A stretch of DNA of 44,700 bases from Geosiphon pyriformis uo1 (Eukaryota > Fungi > Glomeromycota): assembly GCA_016748015.1 (NCBI GenBank), contig JAAOMT010000187.1, positions 1 to 44,700 of the forward strand. The letters are read 5' to 3'. Below the pieces are notes generated by a model. That model made no database searches. It saw nothing but the letters and a program-made list of their open reading frames with translations, and had not been told where the DNA came from. Of this stretch, positions 12,780-22,813 are shown one piece after another (within the stretch, counting starts at the first letter, position 1; the number at the start of each line of letters is the position of its first letter). The position numbers and the translations under genes were made by a program.

Positions 12780-13140
12780 TTATGTACACTGAAGCAAAAG
12801 TCGAAGGAAAGACAATTTGCTTGATCCTAGACAGTAGATCCGCTGGAAGCATTATCACCTACCAGTTAATGCAACAGTTGAAGAGAAATGTCGACCGACC
12901 AGCTCAAACAGTAATCATCACTGTTAATGGCATAAAAAAGACCCTAGTAGGAGAAATTGACAATTTTCCATTCACTCTTGATGGAATCACCATTCCAGTC
13001 AAAGTTCTTATAATGAACGCACCTCAGTATCAAGCTCTTGTCGGAAATGATTGGCTTCAAAAAGCCAATGCTAATCTGAATTAAGAAACACAAGAGTTAA
13101 CAATCTCCTACCAAGGACAACATGCCCAGGTACCTGCCAC
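12780..13140 (+). pseudogene. Retroviral-type aspartic protease
   Basis: LILDSRSAGS (DSG decayed by GGA>AGA at ~12836) and the ALVGNDWL motif. Confidence 0.88.
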
Positions 13141-14089
13141 TTGTGATACATTCAACAAACGCTCTGAAAAAGCCCCAGCATTTGAATTTGAACCGGAAAA
13201 AGAAAAACCCTTCATTGAAACATTCATGGCTCTTGGATTAACGTCCAACTGGGCTGATGAAACAGAACAAGAACATTTTACCCCACACTCTAAACCCGAA
13301 ATCTCTGGATGGAATATCCTTTACTCAAAACCTGAACCAAGAAAACAACACCCCTATATTCCCCTTAAATGTAAGGACTGCCACAAGAAACTATCATCAA
13401 TGGGAGCCTGCATTTCACCTGAAGAAGAATATGAAAATCATACTTGTTATTACTGCAAGGCTTGCCACAGAGAACGATAGGGCCATCTAATAAAAAGGAG
13501 TGGAAAATGGGACAACACTCCTTGTTTGACTTGTGGAGATATGCTACTGGAAGAATGCAATTGGATTGATGTAGCCATGAGAAGAGGAGTCTGTGATCAG
13601 ACCTGCCAATATGTTTTATCAATTTCAGAAAAAGTAAAAAGAGGAACACCCTTTAATGCGGCATACAACAGTGCTCTCAACAAACTTTATCACTACTCTC
13701 ATGATGCTAAGATAATTTTCGACCTAGCAATGGCATTAATTAATGGAGCTACCAAAGAAAATATTCGCCAAATGAAGGAAGCAGAATACATTGAATATAC
13801 TATGAAATTAGCTGGATTCGATTATGAAGACAAAATAGAAGTCTACCACCAAATTGCAAGTCACACCTACCCAACCCAAGAAGCTCAAATTCAACGATTA
13901 GAGCAAATGAACATTAGACTATGTGAAGAATGCATTATGCCTTGCGATAAACAGTGGTGTCTTAAATGCTACGCTCTTAGTATCCTCTTGCCCAGCAAAA
14001 ATGATGAAAATGAAATTGAATTTGGAGAACCTGAAGCAATGGGAAAAATTGAAACAACATCTATCTACCTTATCAAAAATCAGTCTGCC

Positions 14090-14522
14090 TTACAACTTAA
14101 ATACTTCAACAATAACAGACAAGGAATAAAACCCGAAAAAGCACACGAAATTGATGCTGGATATGACCTAAGATATTCAGACAAGGATACTCTTGTGCTC
14201 AAACCCAAATCCCTCACAAAAATCAACCTCAAAATTGCACTCGAAATCCCACCAGGAGCAATGGTTCAAATCACCTCCCAGTCCTCTCTGGCAAGCAAAG
14301 GAATCAATGTCAGAGGAGGAATAATTGATGCTGGATATACTGAAGACATTACAGTGATGCTTCAAAATAAAACTGACAAACCATTTAAGATCAAACATGC
14401 TAAAAAAATTGCCCAAGCTATTTACCTACCTTTAATCAACATTTCGGGTTTGCAACTAGTCAATCAAAGAGAACAATTAGGAAAGAGCAATAGAGAAACC
14501 CAAGGTTTTGGTTCAACTGAAC
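14090..14522 (+). pseudogene. dut: Trimeric dUTPase domain within the Gypsy polyprotein
   Basis: All five motifs recognisable: AGYDL, SQSSLA (RSS-like), GIIDAGYTE, KIAQ, RETQGFGSTE. Confidence 0.93.
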
Positions 14523-15049
14523 GATTCACAGTTCCAGTTAATATAGCTCTTAACACACAAAACAAATCCCACCAGATTCTCAGACTTCTACAACCAATTA
14601 CCATCTCACCCTTTGGAGAACATTTAGAAATCTACATCTGCCCAAAGCCAACAACCACACAACAAATTTTTGAGTCCAATGAACAAGTCTGCTTGGAACA
14701 TAATATTTTGATCCCAAACATTTATATTCCAGAAGGAACAAAGAAAGTTCGAGTTACTTTTTACAATCCCAATAATTACCCCATAATTTTATTAAATAAT
14801 TTAGAAATTGGAGTTATTTACAGTAATATATTTCAACAAGAATTACCCCAAACAGTCCCCGATTTCTCTGAAATTATTGAACATTCAATACCAAAAATCA
14901 ACCCAAATCCCAGCTCCGAAAACTACCATGTTGTCATGGAAAAACTATCTCAAATCAACATGGGACAACTTGAACTACAACAACAAACCCAGCTCAAAGA
15001 GCTAATTGCAGAATTTGCCGATATCTTCGCTGAAAACAACAATGACTTA

Positions 15050-16825
15050 GGAAGAACCAATTTGGTCCAACACCAAATTTATACAGAAGATGTCAAACCA
15101 AGAAGACAACAAGCATATCGAGTTGCTCCAGAAAGCCACCAATTTATTCAAGAAGAAGTACAACAAATGCTTAACAATGGGCTCATCCAACCCTCCATGA
15201 GTTCTTGGGCTTTACCTGTAGTGCTAGTTAAAAAAAAAATGGAAAGATCCGATTTTGTGTTGACTATTGACAACTCAACAGTGTTACAATTGGAGACATT
15301 GTTACGGTTTAAGAATTTAGCAAAAAGAATCATAAAAATAATACAAACTATTCAATCATAATATAGCACAGTAATAATCTTAGAAAGGTAATGATTAACA
15401 TAGTAGCAAACACCATCTCGCGATAGTGGCAAGCACCAGTTNNNNNNNNNNNNNNNNNNNNNNNNNNNTTAACATTCTGTGTTTCTAGATTAGAGAAACA
15501 CATCAGGCAATTGCAAGGATAGCCTCAGAGAAGACCCCAGACAGTGGGTAGATTTCAGTTCAGCCTCTGAGAAGGAGTACATAAACACACACAACAATCA
15601 AGAATTAAAGAATAACTTATATTGCAACAGTAAAAAGAAAGCCTTCAGTGTAACAGTGACATTATCACACAAATAGAATTGAGGAACTCACGAAAGACTG
15701 ATTGCAATTAAAGTGGGATATCAGTAATTAAATATAACAAGAAAACCATCCCGTAACAACGTCTACTCCCTTTCCCGGATTGATGACATGTTAGATGCCC
15801 TTGGAAAATCCAAATACTTTTCAACACTAGATTTAGAAAGTGGTTACTGGCAAGTTGCTATGGATCCCAAAGATTGCCCCAAAACAGCATTCACCATCCA
15901 AAATGGAAATTACGAGTTCAATGTAATGTCTTTCAGATTATGCAATGCACCAGCAACATTTTAGAGATTAATGGATGTTATGTACCAAGGACTTCTTTGG
16001 AAATCAGTAGTCATTTATTTTGACAATACTGATGTTTATTCTCTATCATTTGAATTACACTTAAAACACCTGTGAGAAGTTTTTCAATGATTATGAAAAG
16101 CAAGACTAAAACTCAATATCGAAAAATGCTACTTTGGAAAAACAAGCCTAGCCTTCCTTGGTCATATCATTAGTAAAGATAGAATTAAACCAGATCCTGG
16201 AAAAATCAGCATTGTCAAAAACTTCAAAACTCCTCGAAACACTACAGAACTAAGAGGATTCATAGAATTAGCATCCTACTATCAGAAGTTTATTAAAGAT
16301 TTTTCGGAAATTGCAAAACCTCTCAACCAGCTCATCACCAAAAACGTTGAATACAAATGGACTACTAAACACCAAAAAGCTTTTGAAATTCTCAAGGAAA
16401 AACTAATAACAGCTCCAATTCTCGCCTATCTAGATTTCAGCAACTGATTTTGACTAGCTACAAATGCTTCATATACTGCCTTTGGTGCCATCTTATCACA
16501 ACTAGATGACAATGGAAATGAGTGAGTAATTGCTTATGCTAGCAGAACATTAAAACCAGCTGAGAAAAACTATCCTGCCACAGAACTAGAAACAGCAGCC
16601 ATAATTTGGGCCCTACACCACTTCAACTTTTATCTTAGGCCTAAAAAATTTGATATTATCACTGATAATATTGGACTCAAATGGCTTCAGAACAAAAATA
16701 CTCAGCTGAATGCAAAACAAACCTGATGGACAGGATTTCTAGCAAACTATTGATAAATAGTACATCACAAACCAAGAAAACTCCACACCAATGTTGACTG
16801 TCTCTCCAGAATGAGACAAAATTAG
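15050..16825 (+). pseudogene. Reverse transcriptase-RNase H (copy 2), disrupted by a frameshift, stops and a nested insertion
   Basis: Collinear with 1-1311; 1-nt loss in the A run at ~15230; YxDD decayed to YFDN; ends VDCLSRMRQN-TAG at 16823-16825. Confidence 0.92.
15300..15758. mobile_element. Nested LTR-type insertion (solo LTR or collapsed element, family C) inside RT
   Basis: Termini TGTTACGG...CCGTAACA; TSD ACAT/ACGT (15296-15299, 15759-15762); RT sequence resumes exactly; N gap at 15442-15468. Confidence 0.85.
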
Positions 16826-16877
16826 AAAAACACAAAAACCAACATTCAACTTAACCAACCAAAAGAGCCAACAAACA

Positions 16878-18263
16878 ATGAATTTGGAAAACTATAATGA
16901 TCTCAAACAATATTTGGAAACATTAACAATCCCAACAGATTGGTCCTCAGATGAAAAACATTGACTACAACAACAAGCCAAACAATATTTTCTACACAAC
17001 AACATTATTTATTACCAAAATTTCAAAAACCCAAACAAACCACTCAGATTAATACAAGAACAGGAAAAAGAGACTATATTATACAACATGCACTCAAATC
17101 CTTCATCAGCCCACTTCGGAAAAGACAGCACCACCCAAAGAACACTAGAATACTACTTTTGGCCTTGAATGAGAAAAGACATTCACGAATATGTTGAATC
17201 TTGTGATAGTTGTCAAAGAAGAGAAGAAACTCACTCTACAGAACCTTTAAACCCAATTGAAGTTGGACAGCTTTTTGACAGAGTTGGTATCGATTTAGTC
17301 AGACCATTACCTATCACAAACCAAGGAAACCACTACATTGCAGTAGCCATAGACTATCTCACCAAATGGCCTGAAGCCAGAGCCATTCAATGGGCAGATG
17401 CAAAATCAGTAGCAAACTTTATCTACGAAGACATCATTTGTAGACATAAATGTCCAATAGAACTTTTATCTGATCAAGAAACACATTTTGTGAACAATTT
17501 AATCCAGAAAATTTGTGGACAATTTAATGTCAAGAGACCATTATCTTCACCCTACCATCCACAAACAAATGGACTGGTAGAACAGTTCAACAGAACATTG
17601 TGTAAATTATTAGCCAAAGTTTCAACCAATTTTGAGCAAGAATAGGATCTCTTTATTCCATCAGTGTTACTAACATATAGGACACTAAAACAAGATACCA
17701 CAAAATACACACTATTTGATTTAACTTACGGAAGGATGGCAACATTACCAATTAGTTTCACAGTGGAAACATACCCAGCACAACCAATTGATGAAAACAA
17801 TTACCAAGAAATGCTTCAATGAAGAGTCTACACTCTGCTTAGCACATTAGAAAGAAAACGACAAATAGCAGCCACCCATATTAAACACTTCCAAGCTCAA
17901 CAAAAAGAACAGCATGATAACAAATTGCCTCCAGTCATCAATGAATTTAAAATTGGAAACAAAGTTCTCTTATATAGAACTAAAGCCAAAAAACAATGGA
18001 GTAGAAAATTTGAAAATAAATGGGATGGACCATTCTTTATCCATGAAGTTTTAGGCAATGGATCATACAAGCTAAGACTTGATGACAAAATTCTAGCAAA
18101 AGTTGCACATGGAGATCGTTTAAAACACTATAATTCCAGAAACAATCCTGAACCATTAATTCCACAAATTGGTACACATTCCCCTTTAATCAATCCCAAA
18201 GACATTTCCCGAAATTTAGAACCAATAGTTGTCATTGAACAGCCTCACAACTTGAACACTTAA
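16878..18263 (+). pseudogene. Gypsy integrase (copy 2)
   Basis: MHSNPSSAHFG...CDSC, GIDLV, LSDQETHF, GLVEQFN, WDGPF; ATG at 16878. Confidence 0.93.
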
Positions 18264-18384
18264 TTAAAATTTATTATTATAGTTATCTTCTTATAATTTA
18301 GAAACAATCTCACAAAAACAAAACAAAAATAACATAAAAACCCATGCACCAAAAATAATTTTCTTTTATTTCAAATTGCTTATA

Positions 18385-19089
18385 ATGACTATTCCTTAAG
18401 ACATTCAACAATTATCTTAAAAACTAATGTTAGCTTTAAAAACAATACCCGAATTATCTATTACTGTTACTGGAAACCACATTAATTATACCCAAACAGA
18501 AGTAGTTACAAATTTAGCCCCAAATTCATGAAAATATCACCCGTATAAGAAGAACACAAGAAGTTATACTGGAATTCACCTGCCAGAACTTTTAAAACTT
18601 GCTTTAAGAGAAAATCTAATGCTCACTCCAATTAGTATTCCACCAAATGCTACAATTCAACAAAGACTTCAACTGTGTCTCAATGAAGAAAACACTGAAT
18701 ATCCTCCAATTTATAGATATTTTCACATTGGAAAAACACTCTACAAATGGAAACTGGAACTTACAACAGCAAATCTCGTAAAAAAAACTATTCAGAAACA
18801 ACTCCACAATGAATTCAAGACAACAGCTGGATCAACAAACAGTCGCTACAGACTCAGAGCTGCTCTTAGACTTTATGACCTATTCCACACCTGTGAAAAC
18901 GTACTACAAAACCCAATTTTTCAACCTTTGAAGATTCAATACATTGGAAAGCTCACAGAACTGAAATTTCAACAATTTTCAGACCAAATTTTTTCAATAA
19001 TTTTGGATTATTATCTGGAAATGACAAACAGTACTTGGACTTCGATGGAGCTCAGTCTTGAGGAAGGTTATGTTACCAGACAAAATTAG
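18385..19089 (+). CDS. Accessory ORF3 of the Gypsy element, unknown function (intact part 18619-19089; probable original start 18385)
   Basis: 156-aa open frame between integrase and 3' LTR; in-frame upstream ATG at 18385, separated by three stops of the C>T type. Confidence 0.65.
19058..19070 (+). promoter_or_regulatory. Polypurine tract (GAGGAAGG) before the 3' LTR
   Basis: Purine run immediately 5' of TGTTACC. Confidence 0.7.
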
Positions 19090-20050
19090 AGATATTATTT
19101 AGCATAAAATTATCTTATAATTCCTATCATTAATTAGCATATATTATCGTTTCAAATTATCACTTATTACATTAGCAAAAATGTCCGAAATTATCATTTA
19201 ATTAATAATCCAAATTGTACACAACACAAATGTAACCTAATTGCGATGATCAATCATGCAATACCCCGAACTATTTAACATTCAAAAGTTTGCTGAAATT
19301 TATAGAAATTCGCCGAAATAATTGATAGTTCACCAAAATATCTAATAGTTCGCAGAAATAACTTGTAGTTTGCCAAAATGTATCTTTAGTTTAGCGAAAT
19401 CATAGAAAATAGCAAAGTTCAAGTTCATAGAATAGTGTTATGACAAGTTGTATAAAAGAAAAGCTTCTCTTTTCAAGAAAATGTATCTTACTTTAGATTT
19501 ATCACTTAGAACCATTTATACACACACAAAAAGAAATAAATATCAAATAATTCAAAAAACCAAACTCTTTAAATTATTGCACTTAGAAAATCCTCAAAAA
19601 CCTAACTAACATTTTGAAATTAATTAGCTATCAATTTCAGTAAACTGTTAGTGACTCCAGGCCTGGATAGAAAACATTTCTCTTGACAGAATTCTATTTT
19701 TTTTACATTTCTTTTATTTTTTATTTTTTATTTTCTTATTACAATCATTAAGGTAGCCTACAGACAAGATTTCTGTAGAAGAGTTGACTTTCACAGCAAA
19801 GTAACTATACATTTTAGTAAGCTTCTAGATGAGCAATTCCTGAAAAAGAGTTGACGTTTACTATAATGTAACTACATAAAGTAACTGGCACGGAATTGGC
19901 CATTCTACTTATAAGCCCAGCAATTCAAATTATAGGAGATAATTTGAAGATAAATTCAGTTATTGGAGATTCAAACACTTCTCATAGTCATGAATTAACA
20001 GTATTACAATAATACAAGAGCTAAGAAGAGACCAAAAACCTCTGGTAACA
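19071..20050 (+). repeat. 3' LTR of family A (980 bp)
   Basis: Direct repeat of 9715-10699. Confidence 0.96.
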
Positions 20051-20883
20051 ATGTAAAGCTTTTATAAAATAAGTTCACAAAGCAATTAATGAATAGTTTA
20101 TAAAGCCAGAAACCATATGCCTATCAAGATGCCAAACTTTTAAGATTCTTCTTTAATCTATTATATTGATATTACAAACATTTTTTATCTTAAATTCAGA
20201 TTCATTTTTCTACTTAGTATAACACAAAGTTCTGTAGAAATTTCTGACATAATGATGAATATTATAAAACAAAGTTATACTAATTATTTGTATAAAAAGC
20301 TTTTGAATTACAATAGAAAAAGCAAAATTAGAGAAATAAACATCAAAGATAAGTATATCAACATATTTATTCTTTACAATACTAACATGGTTTTTGATCT
20401 TAATTCAAGATACTAAAAGCAATCTATCTTTGATAATTTATTATCTAATACTATTTTATTTATGAGCACTTTTTGAAATCAGGTTAAGTCATCTTTAATT
20501 TATTAATATAAGCACTAATAGCAGTCTGGCTGTTTAAATTAATAATTATATTGCTCTTTACAAAAACACAACTAAGTACAAAAGAAATAGTCTTAAATTC
20601 TACCAAAGTTAATGACATAATATCTTGAACTCTAATTTTAATATCAAAATTAGCATTAGAGAAAAAGATAACACCCTCTCTAATAATTAAAGTCAAATCA
20701 TTATTATTTATTTTAATATTTTTAAAATTTTTAAAGCTGTCTTTATTTATTAATTAATTTTATAAAATTAGTAATATAACTTTTTAAATTAACAATTAAA
20801 TTTGTTTTATTTTTTAATTTATTATATCTAAAGTTTTATTATTTTAGTTTATTAATTTAATATTTTATATTAAAACTGTTATT

Positions 20884-21959
20884 ATTCTGGTGTTTCAGGA
20901 AACGAGCATGCTGACGTGATCACTAGTGCCGCTTCTCTCTCCAATTGGTATTTTCCCCTTTGTTTGAGTAAGCATTTCTTGTTAGCTGATAGTAGTATTG
21001 TTTCTGAAAATTCAAGACATTTTGTTCGTGATATTTATCATTCTATTTGTCGTGCACAATGGGAGGTTGGTTCTGGTTCTGGAGTTTTGGTGGGCAGCTT
21101 GTCTTCTGAGGTTGATTGGTCCCACTCATCATTGGTATGACATCCTGATTTGCACATGGCTGCAGGTTTCACCAGCAGGTCTTCGTCCAATGTGCGTACT
21201 TATTTTATGAAGTCTTTACACCATCGGCTGCCAGTTGCTGTTCAAAAGCACCTCTATAATAGACATTATCCTAGTGTATTGTGCTTGTATTGTGGTGAGG
21301 TGGAGGTGTCAGATCATGTGTTCTCTTGCAAGATTGATGAGTCTGTTCAAAGTCAGTTGTTGGATTCTTATGTAGAGTCCTGGAAGATGCTTTCTGGTTC
21401 CTCTTATTCTTCCTCGGGTATATTGCAGCTGTTATTATCCAGTGTTTCTGATTCCTCTGTGTCTATGGCTCTTTTTAAGGGCTTTGTTTTCAATGGGTGG
21501 TTTTGCGAGGCTGTTTCCATCTTTCACAACTCCAAGATTGCTGTTTTGGAGATTGTCAAGTTTGTGTGCTCTTTTGGTCTTGCTTTCAGGGAGGATGTCT
21601 GGTCAGTTTGTGCTAAACATTGTGCATATATGGAGAAAAATGGACTGATCCTGCTAGATGGTTCAGCCATTGTCTCGGTTCATGGTTTGGCTTCGAGGTT
21701 CTCTGCAGAGATGGTTAAGTTATTTGGCATTACTAATGTTTTAGGTATTCATTTTGGTTTTTGCAAGTTTTGCTTGTTCTTTTCAGGTATAGATGAATCA
21801 GTATCAGTTCATATAACTGCATAGTGTTGTTCTAATCAGCCCGAATGGCTGGTCACATGTAGAAAGTGCATGATTCATGCCTAGTTTAGATCAATTCCTT
21901 GATGTATAGTACTAGGTAGTGTTTGGACCTCACTCGTTAAGCAATAAAAAAAAAAAAAA
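20884..21959 (+). mobile_element. 5'-truncated non-LTR retrotransposon (LINE): RNase H end, CCHC finger, 3' UTR, poly(A), TSD
   Basis: SGVSGNEHAD (RNase H), CLYCGEVEVSDHVFSC, stop at 21824, AATAAA/A tail 21943-21959, TSD (AAAA)CTGTTATT at 20872-20883 and 21956-21967; GC higher than the flanks. Confidence 0.92.
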
Positions 21960-22813
21960 CTGTTATTTTTTTGGTTTTTTATTTTGTAATAATTTTTAAT
22001 GTTATTATTAAAATAAAAATAGTAATTTTGAAATTTTAATTGCTTAAATTGTTTTAATTAATTGAATTTGTTATTTAGTTTATTAATACTTTAGTAAATT
22101 TTTATTAATAATAAAAAATAAATCTAATTTAATAATTAATACTTAATTTTTTTAAAAAACAAATTAACAGTATTATTAAATTAGTTATTAATATATATAA
22201 AGATTTTATTAGTTTTAAAAAAAATTTAAAAAAACAAAAATTATAAATAATAGAACAAATTTTTTAAAAATTTTAAAAAATCTATTAAAAATAATAAAAA
22301 TGATTTATTTGCAATTAAATAAATTTATTATTATTTAAATTGTTGTATTAATAAAATAAAACTACAGAATTTGTTGTTTATTTAATTAAAGTAATTCTGA
22401 TTGATTTAAATAACTAATTACATACTGTTTATATATTTTAATATATAATAATTGAATTGTATAATATATTCTATAAAATTATATTTGTAAAGCATTAAAC
22501 ATAACCCAAAAAGTTGTTTATAAAATAATAGTTAATTAAAAAATAATAAAATTTTATCAGAAAAATGATTTAAACTCAATAATTAATAAAAAAACATGTA
22601 TTTGCTAATATTTTTAAATGCCAAAAATATGTTTTCATAATAAAATTAAAATTTAACAGGTTGAATTTCTTAAGAAATAATAAAAACTGACAGCAAAATT
22701 TTTGAAATTAGTATTTCTGAAAAGATTGATTAATAATCATTATAGCGCTTTGAGATAATAAATATTTGACTAAAATCCAAATATGAGTATACAACATGAT
22801 ATGCAAATAGTTT

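Larger units (their letters stand above)
9715..20050 (+). mobile_element. Full-length (inactivated) Ty3/Gypsy LTR retrotransposon family A encoding a dUTPase and an extra ORF
   Basis: Two ~96% identical LTRs TGTTACC...GGTAACA; TSD ATGT (9711-9714, 20051-20054); PBS and PPT; domain order gag-PR-dUT-RT-RH-IN. Confidence 0.97.
8016..20700 (-). mobile_element. Decayed 5'-truncated LINE split into three pieces (20700-20051, 9714-9513, 8558-8016) by LTR insertions
   Basis: Minus-strand translation is continuous across the insertions: RNase H (LNSQTAI, KNHVSIVKNKYVD), KVWHLDRHMVSGF...YFIKALH|KYLLMTIKKYLY..., TVFGNFELVDLQIIIFV...KSKHKANMKK, all matching 20884-21824. Homologous 3' UTR and (AAT)n tail near 8016-8033. 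Confidence 0.82.

Noticed and set aside
11383-15333. Short antisense and alternate-frame ORFs over gag-pol
   Set aside because: Shadow ORFs of the compositionally biased coding strand
15235-15361. C-terminus of the 611-aa ORF as real protein
   Set aside because: Produced by a 1-nt loss in an A run followed by read-through into the nested insertion
18619-19089. env gene or chromodomain
   Set aside because: No signal peptide, TM segment or chromodomain aromatic-cage pattern visible
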